From Klebsormidium nitens (lineage: Eukaryota > Plantae > Klebsormidiophyceae), in assembly GCA_000708835.1 (NCBI GenBank), contig DF237038.1:144901-208900 (forward strand): a DNA stretch of 64,000 nt, in the 5' to 3' direction. Every line of letters starts with the position of its first letter. The first letter of the stretch is position 1. The notes beneath the pieces are model-generated. The model ran no database searches. It worked only from the letters and a program-made list of their open reading frames with translations, and was not told the origin of the DNA. The position numbers were made by a program, and so were the translations under genes. Positions 30,101 through 43,239 of the stretch are shown here, in pieces.

Positions 30101-32878
30101 GCGTACTGGTCGATTGAGTGGCCCATCACATCTTCAGATAAAGACTTTTTTTCCCCCAAAGCTTCCGGGGGACTTTCGCCAATCTGGACCGTCCGTTGTG
30201 TCCAGCATGAGCTCATCTGCACCGTCCGTCTGTCCGCAGGTTGAGCGATGAGTTGATAGAGCGGATAAAGCAAGTCCCGGTCGCTATGGAGAACCACCAC
30301 GTAAGTCGAGTCTGTCCGGAGATTGTTTCATGAATCGAACTGCATGGAGCTTGGTCGGACTTCGTGACTCAAAAAAGAACGGCCTGATTGTTTCGATGAC
30401 TTTCAGGGCCCAGAACCAGACTTGCGTATCAACTGAAACTGATGCATATGCAAACGCGCTATAAAAGCGTCCGCAAGAGCGTTTGCAGCTACATCAAAAA
30501 CGACACTCGAGACAGGAGTTCTTCGGCCTCTGACGGCAGGATATGACGTCAGCCATTGAAGGTGATTAGTTTTTCCCGGAGCTTTTAGCTGAATAGCCGC
30601 CGCACTCTATTACTGTGCAGTTTGGGCTGAACCCTGACCGCTTCGACGAGAACGAAGACATCTCCAATTTCTACGAGATGCTGACGACATCGCCCGACAA
30701 AGAGGGAACGGTGAGACTGCGTTTGTCGCCCTGTCGAAAGCCTTTGTACAATCCAGACTGCACCAGGAAGCAAGCGAAAACGTTCGAGGCAGGCTCAGAA
30801 GTTTGCGGTGCAGCACAGTGTAGCCTGAAAGAAACGATGTGCGAGCCAAACAGGGTGCCTCCTACTCCCTTTCTCTTTTCCAAAGCGACAAAGGTCACGC
30901 AGGGTTTCTCAAGGGATGTTCAGAGGTTTGTAGGCGTTGTTCAGATACGGGTTACTTCCACCCTCCCCGTGCTCGGTCAGAAAGCACCTGACTAGAAGTA
31001 ACCCGGGTTACTGGTTAGGAGACACCTAACCCCCGACTCACATCCCACGGACTATGGTCGGTGCCCCCCACCTTCAAGAACCTCTTCCGTCAGAATCTCC
31101 CGTCGCAAGCCTGCAGAATTCGCCCGACGATTCTGCCGCTTGTTACCCCCACAAAGTGTGTGCTACTGACCATTGTGACGTACCCTGCCTGCAGCATTAC
31201 GTCAGCACCATCCAGGCTACCAGTTACCCCTTCACTGGGACACAGTGGCATCCAGAGGTAAGTGCTTCCGAATGCTCGACGCGTTTGGCGCCTTCAAAAT
31301 TCTCTGAACCCCGAAACTTTGAGGGCCGCCTGAAGTCGAAACCCATCTCTTGACCCGCTTTCGCCTGTATCGCAACAAGAACTGGCTTCCGGTTGCGAAG
31401 AGATTGACTTGGTAGTAAAGGGTTTCTCATGGATTTCAGACTGGCCTTCACTATCACGCGCAAAATGTTGGAACGCTCTTATTTCGACGCGGATTTCCCT
31501 GTCATTCGGGACTCCGAACTTATTGAGAGCGAGTGTACCGACAACGATGTGCTCATCAGGTTTAGTTTGGACGTCAAGCCGATCCGACGCTCGCATTGAC
31601 CAGCCTCGTCTGTGTGTCCCGCTGCAGAAGTCTGCTTACGAATGGTACAGCACTTACCACGTGCCGCACTCTTTGGACGCGATCCAATTGATGCAAGCGA
31701 CCGCCAACTTCATCGTCAGGTATCTCCTTCACCTCCTCGTTCTCCATTTCCTCGTCGTTCTTCCTGCTTGTAGTTGGCTCCTTCCTTCCTCTTGCTGCCT
31801 TCCCTCCAGCTACCTTGTCTTTTAGCTCCTCCTTCCGTTCTCCGGCTTGCTTCTTTGTCGTTCACTTTCTTCGTCCGCATCGAATCTTCCTGGCTTGAAG
31901 CAACTTCAGTTCGTGTCGACATCACAGATGAACGCCCCGTTCCTCTTTTGAGTGCTCCACGTGGAAATTTGCCTTGCAGAGGTTTTACAAGAAACGTCAA
32001 CCATTAGAATCTGCGTTGGCCTTGCGGACTATTTACAAGTAACTTCGGCCATCAGAGTCTGCCTTGAAACTACACTGATTGAACGGTGCGACACCACGAG
32101 CTGTGCAGCGCAAGTTGTTCGTTTCGTGGCGATTATAACGATCAGAATTATAACCTCCGATGCTCATGCGTTTTTGTGTTCTTCCCCAGCCAAGCGCGCA
32201 GGAACGACCATCGGCTCCCGTGTTGGGACGACGAGCGGAAGCTCTTGATCTACAACTATCCATTGCTCTTTGGAAGTCGGCAAAGGTAAGCTTCCTGGTT
32301 GGTCTGGAATCTTTCCGTCGTTTTTCTTAGTCGACGTGTTAGTAAGCTCTTGGTATCACTCGATGCCGCGCGCCCAATTATGCCAGTCATTGTTTTTCAT
32401 GGGGCTCTCATTCAGCTATGCACAGCAGATTCGGAGCACACGATTATAGAGTTGGATCCTACGGAGACAACTGTTCCTCTTATCGCCACCGTCACAGCTG
32501 CATTTGGCTGACCGGAGTTCAATAGACGCAGCGATATTTGCGAGTGCCCTTCAGTGCGTAGGTGCTTTGGTGCCGTTTGCTCTGAAAATAATCAAAACAG
32601 TGTCGCTCCCATTTTGGGCTCTTGGTTCTTGTATCCACTTCTTCTGCAAAAATGTGCGTGAGGCGATAGCTGTTTACTCCAACGAAGACAACGTTTGCCT
32701 TAATTGGATTCGAAGTGATGACAAGTAAGTTATCCTTGCCTCCTAGTGAAGACGCGTTGGAGCCGAAGCGTCTGACTCACCTGCTTGCAGGCACTCAGTA
32801 TACGACCAGTATTACATCGTCCCCGCACGAGCGGAGAGGCAAGCGTTGGCGCAGGGGGAGCAAGCGGCGACCATCTAG
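27126..32878 (+). CDS. GGH: Gamma-glutamyl hydrolase (peptidase C26); exons 27126-27728, 28225-28320, 28873-28962, unresolved exon(s) ~29670-29890, 30240-30300, 30621-30710, 31195-31257, 31628-31719, 32190-32285, 32791-32878
   Basis: Motifs: IGVLTQP, IGASYVRLLEAGGAQVVP, LVIPGG, GICLG (catalytic Cys), AMENHH, PFTGTQWHPEKSAYEW (catalytic His), LLIYNYP. It has a hydrophobic signal segment. Exon boundaries near 29.7 kb could not be fixed. Confidence 0.92.
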
Positions 32879-34172
32879 TTGCAGGTTTAGGGACCCTTCT
32901 AAACATAATGTGGTCGAAGCAATGGTTTCCGAGAGGTCAGTTTGAGAGTAGTGTATATTCTGGGTAGCTTTGCTTCTTAGAGAGGACCTGTGTGTTTGTC
33001 GTGCAAGAGCCGATGAAAGGCAGCATAAAGTGCACAGAGAAGGAAAACAAGCGTGATTCCGGAGCGCCGGGTTTGATCCTAGGTTTGGTAGATAGTCATG
33101 AGAGAATCGCAAAAACAGATTGTTACTTCGTGAGAGGTCCGAAGAGCGGGACTAGGTGCAGGTGCAGGCAGGTCGGAGTTGCAGTTGAGTGTAGGTTGAG
33201 CACGTAGTTGTAGCTTGCAATGCCTCGTTTTGTGTGATTCTTCTAAGACAAGGTTGGGTGCTTAGTCATCGGGTAAGCTACCGCCTAAAAAAGCTTGTAC
33301 ATCAACGTTGACACATCTCAGCATGGTCACTGCCCGTTTTCCGAAGCTTACACATGAGAAGGACGACCGTCACTGAGTCACTGAGTTGACCGCTGAAGTT
33401 AACTTGCAGAATTCTTGCATTGGCTTATCGTCAATTGTCAAGGGCCGCTGAGCACCTCAAAAGTTACTAGGCCAGAATAGCGTGGCCTACTAGAGGTCTA
33501 GTCGACCCTACTATAGGCAATGCCTGGCCGGGCCCTACAACTGTTGGGGTCACTCCTTGTATTATGACACGTATCACATGTTCGTGTGTGATACCAATCA
33601 TACTACAACTGACCTTCCGACTGCAGTGCGTTGAGCCTAAGTCCCCATCCTATCAAAAGCTTGTCATTTGCACAGGACGGCTGGCAAACGAGTCCGTTTG
33701 GAAACAATTATACGCATGCACGGTTGTACATCGATTGACATCGTTAACGCACATGCGCTGACCATGTAAAAACCGTTCTGCAGAAGTCGTACCCATCGAC
33801 TCGTCTTGACACGATGGGGTTATGCTGAGCTAAAATGAAGCGGAAAATTTGACTTGGAGTGGCAAGGGCAAACATGCATCAGAGCTCTTGAGCCCAATCA
33901 GTATGAGCTGTTTGTCGATCTGGCCGAATGCAACCTGAATGCAACCAGTCCTTGTTAACGGAACGTCACTCGACCACAACAAGATACAAGCATGAGACGC
34001 TGCCTTTCACTTTCATAAGTCTAGTGACACGAGTCATTGGGGCTCACTTTCCTCAAGGTGTCTCCAGCGATTTCAAGGCACAAAAGTGAACTACGTTGGA
34101 GCAAGAGCACGGAATAGCATGTACTAAGCTCTATTGTGACCCCAGAAAGAAACGAAATCGAAAGTACTGGCC

Positions 34173-35853
34173 TCAACTCAGGACATCAGGCGACCGCACC
34201 TTAAATGTGATGAGGTAAGTAGGATACGCCTGGAAATCCTTGAACACCACAAAGATGCTCGGATTCACCGGTTCATCCACGACAGAGTCGTACCGCGACG
34301 CGGCCGCGGCCATCGTCGTTTCCTCTAACGGCCTTTCGCCCTTTCGGGGGGGCTCTTTCATGCCAAAATAGCCCCCTGTGAATTCTCCAACTAGGACTTG
34401 GGCCAGAAACATGCAGTATGTTTCGTTAGCCTTCAATATTTTCGGGAAGCACGAGAAGGGCACCGCGAAGGAAGAGTCTCGCGCAAAATATGTGCCGTCG
34501 CCGTAAGCAGCCGCATTCTTTCCTGAAGCGGGAGACGGAGGAGCGTCAGCCGCATATTGCTTACTGAGGTATCGAAACGATGATAACCGTTTGAAATGGA
34601 TCCCTTTTTCAAATTCTTGAAGAGCTTTTCATACAGAGCTGTGCGGTTTCTGATCATCTCGGGGAGTCTTGGAACTACTGATCGCTTCTGAGGATCATCT
34701 GAAGTGATGTAGTCTGCTCTGGCAGCCCGTCGTTTAAATTCTGAAAACTGCTGTGCCATTTTATGGCGTGAATAATAACACCAGCAATCCTCGCAGACGA
34801 GAAATTTTGACGGACTTCTCGTACATGAAACATCCTTTTTTGAATCATTCTCGAAACGTTGTAAGAAAGTAGGAGCAAACTGACAGGGGACTCGTGCACA
34901 TGACAATCATCAGAGAACAATTCAGCACCACAGTACATTCTGACATGTCTGGCTATATGTAATCAAGGCTTACCAGCATAGGAGCGGTTGAACCCGTTAG
35001 CACAAATTGCCTTCGCGTGCTCCTTCGGCGTTCCATGAAAGAGCCACTTCTCGTTCTTGATTGTCGCCTTGTGCAGCGAGTGATGACGCCACAGCCACTC
35101 ATTCTCCACTCGCTGAACGCCAATCAATGTGAACGCCTTACTATCGCTCGTCTTGTGAAACTCGTCGAGGTAGAAGAACCATTCCTCTGAGCCTTCAGCC
35201 GGGAGTGCGACGAGCTTCAGTCCTGCTCCATCTCCACCAATTCTCCTTCCCCAGGTCGATGGGAAGCAGAAATTACTAGCATCTCTTTGTTTCTGTTCGC
35301 TTTTACTTTGATCCTCAAGGACGGCGAGATCCTCCGACGAAGCCTCGAGTCTGCGCTCCAGCTCTTCTCGAGCGAATTGACGGATGATCTTGTTATGGAC
35401 CTCTTGAGTGTTTCCCAAGATCGTCACTTTGCTCTCCTTCGCCCCACAAGCAGGGGGCTGCACAACAATGGAGACTCCATGCTCCTCCTCAAGCCTCTCG
35501 ACAAGGTTTTCGCCCCCTGCTGAAAAGACAGAAGAGTCCACCCATTTATCTGTACGAAACCCCTCAGACCTGAGTGCGTCTCGTATCAGAAAGACCTTGG
35601 CTTGACAAGACCGCAGCTTTTGTGCATTTGCAAGCCCTTCGAACCGCTCCTCGAATCTTTTCTGCAAAGAGGGAGATCTGCATTGCGTAGCAGGAGTTGC
35701 GCGCATGTCTTCAGTCTTCCCCTTTCTTGTCTTTGTTCTGCTGAGAAACTGGCGGCTAAAGATGGCCACTATGCCTGCAGTGAGCAGCCCAACTCCTTTC
35801 AGTAGAACCTTGAAGTCGTCTTGATCAGAGAAGTAGGTCAGCTGGCCAGCCAT
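34173..35853 (-). CDS. PARP-family (ARTD) mono-ADP-ribosyltransferase, PARP14/15-like catalytic domain, with N-terminal hydrophobic anchor and KH-like domain; exons 35853-34974, 34522-34173
   Basis: The spliced protein reads [66 protein letters not shown], joined by a phase-1 GT-AG intron. The frame stays open about 38 codons upstream of the ATG, so further 5' exons are possible. Confidence 0.9.
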
Positions 35854-37347
35854 GTTTCTGCTTTCGTTGACCTCCTCGCAAGCTCGATCTTGAAATACAG
35901 AGGTTTTGAAAAACCCTTTGTGGATGTGCTCCGCAGCAGGAGTATCAGGCTGATCCCTCGAGAAAAGTTAAGAGCTTCGCGATCAAATGGTCCAAGCCTT
36001 AAGGGGTCTCGCTTGCCGGTGCATGCTTGAGCCAATGACTATGGCTGTAAAACTCGAATGAGCCCGCAATACTTGAAACATTTACTGCCGTCTTGCTATT
36101 CCTTGTCTTTCTACCTCTCAAACGAGTAACGAATACGGCTTGCAGGAGATCTTGTGTCTCACAGTCAGGGTCGTCACAAGTTATCAGAGAGACGATGTCC
36201 ATTTGCAGTGTTACTTTTTGCAGTTTCTGCCTGAGGGCACAATTCAGAACGTTTGCAGCCCAATTGTGACAAATATACTGCAGGTAAAGCTTTCGCTTAG
36301 ACGCGTGCTGCGTCGAGCACAAGACAAGACTACAAAGCGAAGGACGTGACTATACAGTGAAACTTTGGATACAACAGGAAAAGTTTGCGATGCTCCTAAA
36401 ATGGAGAGGCGGCTAGGATGGGTTGATGAAACGTCTTATGATGTGACCACGCTGACTAGTCTCTGTGGCTAAGGTCGTTACAGTTCAATGAGGACAACGA
36501 CCGAACGAAATCCAGCCATGCAATAAAGTTGTTGGCAGCCATGGCGCCTGGGACGGCCTACTCAGTCGGTTCTGCATATGAACGCGTGCCTGTGACGCAG
36601 ATTACGTACATGGAGAAGAGCTGCCAGACGTTCTCATGCAACGTAGCCAATTTATCATCCGTTGGTCCTATCATTGAATCGGACCTGAACTGTTAGCGTT
36701 AGGACATGCTGGACCGCATGATGCAAAGAGGTAACCAGGTTCATATCCCCACACGCGCCAATCTTTGACCACGATTTGGTTGTTGGTGCTCATAAATTAC
36801 TGAGCCGCCTGCATTTCAATCTTGAATCCTTGCATGTAAGTTGATATTGCAATCCCACCAATTCTGGATGAGAGGCCAGTGAGTGGCGGAGACTTCGGCA
36901 TGTTCCCGCCCTATATCGCTCGTGGAAACGCTCATATATGCCATGACCATGTTTCTGTCATCAGTGCGGCTCATGCTATATGATTGCAAATTCCCGATAG
37001 GTCTGCACAGACTCTGGTCTCGACGTTGAACTGTTCGGGAGTGACAGCTTGATTTGAGAACTGATTGTACAACTTCCGAGTTTGTTGCTACTTAGAAATA
37101 CGTCAGATTGTGTCGCCCGTCTCCGTCTTTCCTATGGTCAAAGCTGGACCTTCGGAAGCATGAAACCCCCTAGAGCAAGTTGATTTCTGGACGCTTTAGC
37201 AGCTTTGATTAGTGCGCCTCTCCGCTGGTTAAGACCAATCCAAAAATCTTCCCTCTTCCGCCTACCTTTCTACAGCGCTGGCGAGAGATGACTCCGGAAC
37301 ACTCATTCAGTTCACGTTCCTCAAAACGTCTCTTGCTTCAAAGGGAC

Positions 37348-38778
37348 TTAAGCTTCACCCGACATATTTATTCCCTGCTTCCGCTTCTCCTTTACTAATT
37401 TCTTCTTTGACACCGGCTTCTTTTTTCTGGGGGGAGCAATCTTCTGATAGTAACTAAACAGGAAGTAGTTTCCAACAACGAAGAAAAGCAGCACCGCTGT
37501 CACAACAATCAAGACGATAACCCCTGGGCTCAGTCCTTGTTGTTTCTGCCGGAGAAGAGCCTGCGGAGTGAGAATCAGCGTTAATTAGCTCTCAGGCGCG
37601 ATCGAGGCTACACTTGAATGCACACAGAAGCGGAGGAGGAGAGTGAGCAAGAACCTGACTGCAAAGCTCCGAAAACAAGGAGTGAGAACGAGTTCGTCGA
37701 CGACAGGATCGATTGTATTTGAAGCAGACCCCCAGCCTCCAAGGGTTTCTGTAATCTTCCAGATTAAAAGGCTTGTTCTGCTGGGCTTCCGGTTCACTCA
37801 GTATTGATGACAATTCCATCTGTAAGTGAGGGGATTCTTGTTGCTTGTCAAAGGGACCGGTCTGAATGAGAAGTTCCACCAGTTTGCCCGGTTTCTACCT
37901 GACTGCAGCAGATCATGCTTTCAATCACCCATCTGACCGAGAAGCTCAGAACAGAGACTGTGCGACCACAGTGTCCTATTTTGACAGCATACATGCCCCT
38001 AGTTTCTTTGAAACCAGAGTTGCCTCTTTTACTTCGGTCAAGTAGTCCTGAGGGGTAGGCTATGAAGATCCTCAATGTTAGATATTCAATTATCCAAGTA
38101 AGGCCCCGATGGGGCAAGCATTGAAGACCAATCAGAGAAGCCCCCGTGATGTTGGCTTAGGGCACAGCTTTGACCAATTCAGAGAAGGCACCGATTGAAG
38201 CTAACCAGACCCCTGAGCAGCCAATGCGATCACAACCTCCAGAAACATTACGTCCAGAAAAATGACAGACCACTTCAGTCAAGGCTTTCATTGCTTGCTG
38301 GTTGCTTTGTTGAAGACAATTGTGGACATGTGTAACAGCTTGGCGATGGGAAGGTCACTCAAGTGGAACTCTAGGATGTGTGCAGCTCAGGGTGCTTCCT
38401 TGATATCAGATTAGTGATGCCAACCAGAGAATCAGGTTTAAGTGGCTTGCAACAGTCTTATGAAGTTGGACCAGCCGAGGTTCAAGCAGATGAGCAACTT
38501 GAATTGTGGCTAGAACCGTAGATCTCAAAGTCCTCTATGGTGGTGCAAGGAGGGATGAAAGCAAGACACAGCAAAGCTGGGAAGGCGCATCGGATTTGTA
38601 TGGTTCAGACAAAAGTTGTTTTCTCTATGCCACTTCAGAACCACGAAAGTGTCTGGCTGCAATTGCAGCAGCCTCCAGAGGGTTGAAGTGGACTGAAGTG
38701 GAAATTGCCCTGCCCTTGACTTTTCAGATCAGCGAAGCCAGCACATACCTCGTCCACGTCCACTTTCATGTCCTCCAT
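37348..38778 (-). CDS. S1FA: S1FA-family small protein (80 aa); exons 38778-38749 and 37560-37348; absent from the ORF track
   Basis: Exon 2 reads GLSPGVIVLIVVTAVLLFFVVGNYFLFSYYQKIAPPRKKKPVSKKKLVKEKRKQG, matching the S1FA pattern GxNPGLIVLL..NY....PPRKKKPVSKKK. Exon 1 MEDMKVDVDE|gtatgt joins in phase 0 and is less certain. Confidence 0.88.
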
Positions 38779-40505
38779 CCTGGCTCCTGGGTGGACCTGA
38801 ACTTAAAATCGCTCCAACGGAGCCGTCAGCAATGTACCATACACTTTGCGCGCGCCTTGCACGCAAACTGAGTTGTTACTACCAAAAGCTCCACGTCCCC
38901 AACCCTGCTCCTTGCGAGCTGGGCACCACAAAGGCAGGCTGAAGGTCCCGCTCGTAAGCTCAAGCCGCAGCGCCTTTCTTGCTTAAAGTTAGGTAGCACT
39001 CCCTTTGTCATTGAGCTCCAAGCGTTCAATATACGGTAGGCAGGTACCTGAATTGCTCAAGCCGGAATTCCTAGATATGTATATTGCTTGAAGTTCCCTT
39101 GACACTGTTAAAGAGCAGGGACCTTATTGCGCCGCTGCAAGGAGCATCCGAGTGTTAATTTAAGGGGGCAAAAAGAAGGACGCAGCTGCCGGCATAGGTA
39201 TATGGTGCAAGTTTATCTCGGGCAGCTGCTGAGGAAATCACACCTATTACCTATAGTAGCTTCTTGTTCAGGCGCATGGCAGCCCCATTGAAGCGAGCAG
39301 AACGATCCGGCACCAAATCAGGGGGTCCCGATTCAAGGCAAGCACTTGCAGTCCACGGTGGCTCATGTGCAACCACTTGATCAGAAGATCAGCATTCAAT
39401 GTCTCAGCATTCTTTCGAAGCAGTTGTCAGGCCAGTTATGGATGCGCAAGACATGGTAAGCAGGGGCCGTGGCGGTGTGGAGCGGGACGGGGCAAAAGCT
39501 GCTGTTAGCGGACAACATACTCAAGGTCAAGGCGCGAGAGCAGCTCATACGCCAGGTGCAGGGCAGAAACAGCAGGGGCGGCTGGGTGGCTGACCAATGG
39601 GGCTGTGCAGACGCAGGCGGCTTGGCACCAGCGCTCCATTGCCTCTGCCTGTCTGTCCTACCTCTTACCCACCACGTACTGCTAGCTGTACGCCATCCCC
39701 AAACCGCTGTTTGAAGGGATCCCCCCAAACTCAGAGTACGTTATGTGTACAGCACGGCTCTTGATCTGCCCGCCCCCTCCCTGAGGAGTTTAATTATGAT
39801 ACAGCGGTGGTGCATATTCTGCTGGGGTCTATTAGGGAGCCCTGCAGGGGGATCCCGTCATCGGAGCACGCATCCAAGGTGGGGGTGCTCTTTGGTGCAA
39901 GGCCCTGAAGGAATCGGCAGCCCCATGCTGGCAGGCTGGCGAGGGAATGGCAGGACGGAACGGCTGCTTGGGGCGAATATCAGAGGAACAACGACGGCAC
40001 AGCAGGAGCCGCTCTTAGAACGGGGGGCAACTCACGCACAGGCAGCAGCGGCAGCCTCTCATGGTGCAGAGGAGGGGCACAGGAACGAGGGCCCGCCGCT
40101 TACAACGGCGACCGAGAGCGCGTCCTCGGTAAGTCAAGGGACTTGGACCCTCTCCACTTGCAGAAATAGGGGCGAAACGCATACCATCTCATTTATTGGA
40201 TAGAGGAAGCTAAATTTTGCTTCGCACTCATCTTCAGCCGATGAAACCTTAGGTTTCATTCTGTTCAATCGCGATTGACCCCACCACTTCTTTCAAGTAG
40301 GCGCTTCATTAATCCCCCAAGGCTTGCTTTTCTCTAGTGCCTGGCCCCTTTTGGGTTCACATCTACGAAGTACTGGCAGAGTCTTCCAGCTGGAAGCACT
40401 GTACATGATTGAAGAGCACTTGACTTTTGCTTGTTGATTTTGTGGGAAGTGTGCCTGACCAAGCACTAACCAGGTGGTTAACAGTCGATCTTCATTGTGC
40501 ACAGG

Positions 40506-40809
40506 ATGTCACGCGCCGTCACCAAGCTGCCTGACCCGTGTTCAGATGGACGCACCGCTATGTGCCTAGCGGATGGCACGGTAGGTGTCAAGAGCTGACA
40601 TACCAGATTGTCATGTTCCTTCCTCGAAGACACAACAGTCTGCCTTGTGACACCTGGAGTGTTTCATGCTCACCCGCAATGAAGGAGTGGCTTGTAGGCT
40701 GATGCCTTCGCAATTGGGTACTGTAGACAAGGACGGTTGCATTGAGGACTACGAGGCCGTGGAAGTCTCGGGTGGAGAAACGCTTGTGTACCATGGAACT
40801 GGGATCTGA
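40506..40809 (+). CDS. Putative small spliced protein of unknown function; exons 40506-40580, 40660-40809 (74 aa)
   Basis: A CTAAC branch point and CAG acceptor precede the ATG, followed by donor ACG|GTAGGT and a phase-0 join. No family recognised, and alternative acceptors break the frame. Confidence 0.25.
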
Positions 40810-43239
40810 GTCTTTGCCCCCAAGGATTGGTTCAGTCGGTTAAGCCCGCCTTGTCCATTCAGCACGCCCCTCTTTTGCCTCTTGCCGTTGTTCCAGGAGC
40901 AGAATCAATAAGATAGGCCGCCATTAACCCGCCTCCTAACGTTTCTGTACTCCAGCTGCTGTGCCTGTAAAGAGGTCTCTTCCTGAACACCATAGGGCGG
41001 TGTTTGTCTCAACTACGCTGCTCTTCGTTGCCTGAAGGATTCAGTGAGAGGGGCGTAAAGCAAATCTCAGCGTTGGTGCCGAGTTGAACGTCGTCTAAAG
41101 GGGAACGGTTCTCCCTAACATCCTGATCTACGCTGGAGTGTTGCTCTGATGACGTCTTCTTTTCCTGGACCAAACTTTTGACAAGCAAGGTCAGAACTAA
41201 GTCTCGATCTCAAAACTGTGCGTTTTGCGAAGGCAATCTGCTCGCCGTTTGCAGGACAGAGCCAGCCAGGATTGCAAGCTCAAGGCCGTCCAGCAGCGGC
41301 CACCGAAAATTCACTCGCCCCTCAGGGTCGCACTCGAAACCTCCGGGCTCCCAGCGACCATCACGGGTGCATCGGTCCGCCATTCGACAAACGATGGTAG
41401 TTGCGAGTCAAGGGCCTGAACTCGTATGTTCTTTGGTGAGCTCCACTTTATAAGTTCCTACCTCGAGCTTGCATACCCAACTTTCATGCATTAGCTGCTT
41501 GTTTTTGCTTGGAGGGCTTGATTGATCCCGCTATAGAAGTCTGCTCGGCTCTTAGGCTCATGTATTGGGTCCAGATATGGGAGTTTTCCTCTCTCTCAAA
41601 AGCAGGCATGTTCAATCGTCTTAAATCTTTTTCCTGATTTAAATCGAAGAGGCGACCACAATCATACAGGCTGTTCAAACAGCGTGACTCCCGAAGACGT
41701 TGCTTGCAAGTGTGCGGCCTGCCTATAGAGCGTGTTCAGGAGAATCTCGTGCAAGACGTTCTTAGTCGGAGTTTCTCGAAGAGCATTGATTTGAATTATG
41801 CTGATCAAGTAGCAGCACTTCTAGCTAAACATGTATCCTTTGATTCGAAGGACAACCTTGTCATGCACCTAGCGGCGATAATATGTAAGAAAGTTAGCAG
41901 GACGAGGCAGTAAAGCTTTAGGCTTGATTCCAGATGCTGTAAGTTCTTTGGGCTCCGGAGCACCATGTATTCTTCGTGCTTCCGAGCACTTAATCCTTTG
42001 TCAATGTTGTCGATGAGTATTTGTGAAGTCGACAACGGCATGCAGTTGCAAGCGGCCGCCCCCGTCATGATTGCGCAATACAGATGCTTGTCATGGCCAA
42101 TTAATCATGACAATGTGCAATTTAGCACTGGCATGCATGCGAAGAATGGAAGCCTCAAGAAGATTAGCGCCATGAACCTACAAGACTCTTTAAGATGCCT
42201 ACAGCATTATTCTGCATAATGTCCTGAGTCATGTGACTGTCCGGCGGCCCAGATGCTCAGTATAGTCAAGCGATTCCACACGAGAAAACTAAGCTTCAAC
42301 TTGAACGGTAAACTATACTTTTGGATGGTTTTCAATCCAACGTAAAAATCGATCAGAAGGTTGCAACCTGCCCAACAGGCTTGTCGATCCATTTACTGCA
42401 GCTAGGCAAATATGTTTGCATGCTTGATGCATGTTCTAGCTAGGTCGATTGCTAGTACTACCTTAATCAAATCAAGCAAGCCTTCCGAAGTTTGGCCCCT
42501 GTTTATTGTACCTACCCCGGAAAAACGACTAATTTAGTTTGGCGCATGCCGTCTCAATAATCTAAGGTCGTCAGCTATGGTCGCAAAAGCACTATGGCAA
42601 GAAGTGCATGCGCAAGCACGCTCTACACTACATAGACACTCCAGTCGCCGGTAGTCTAGCTTAAAGCCCTTGTTTCGCATAAACCAAAACTCGCATAACC
42701 TGCATACTAGATACATTTCCATATGATAGTTGATCTAGCCAGATCAAAACATCTGTGGACAGCTCAAAAGCAACTAGGAGCGTGGTACACCTTTGATCGC
42801 CGCTTGCAAGCGCCTACTTTAGCGCGAGCTCCACATCTCTATTTTTAGAGGCCCCTTGATCAGGAATAAAGTCAGAGCCTTGAGGTTTGCTCACAGATTC
42901 TGGAACAGAGATGAAGAGTAGCGTGTTAGAGAACATCACATCCATAGCAAAGCCTGAAAAAGCAGGGGACTTTTATGTCAATTCAGAAGTACTTCAGGAC
43001 AAACGATTGACCAAACGATTGACCATCAGTTCGTAAGGTATCTCCTCGCATTGCACCTGCATAATTACCTGAAGCAATCAATCAATGCAGCAATCATTGT
43101 AGCATGAATAGACCCCAAAGCTGACCCTGCGCAGACTCGACAGCGATAACACAGGTCTCCAACGGCAAGCAACAAGGCAACATTTTTGGCCGTGGTGCTT
43201 ACCAGAAGATGCTAGTTTGAGAGAAACAGTAGTTCATTC

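Noticed and set aside
34563-34740. Open, protein-like stretch inside the PARP intron with AG and GTAAGC borders (possible poison exon)
   Set aside because: It would leave only a ~40-nt downstream intron and has no recognisable homology. It cannot be supported without RNA data.
41833-41841. GTATCCTTT, a perfect U12-type 5' splice site consensus
   Set aside because: No supporting gene or clear U12 branch site. One such 9-mer is expected by chance in about 128 kb of both strands.
41480-42070. Minus-strand coding-like fragments (IDNIDKGLSARKHEEY..., LFDLNQEKDLRRL...)
   Set aside because: Frames are broken, no consistent splice chain was found and no family was recognised.
43201-43215. Possible 9-nt micro-exon (ag|catcttctg|gtaagc, minus strand) downstream of the LRR gene donor
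   Set aside because: Too short to distinguish from chance, and no convincing terminal exon was found.
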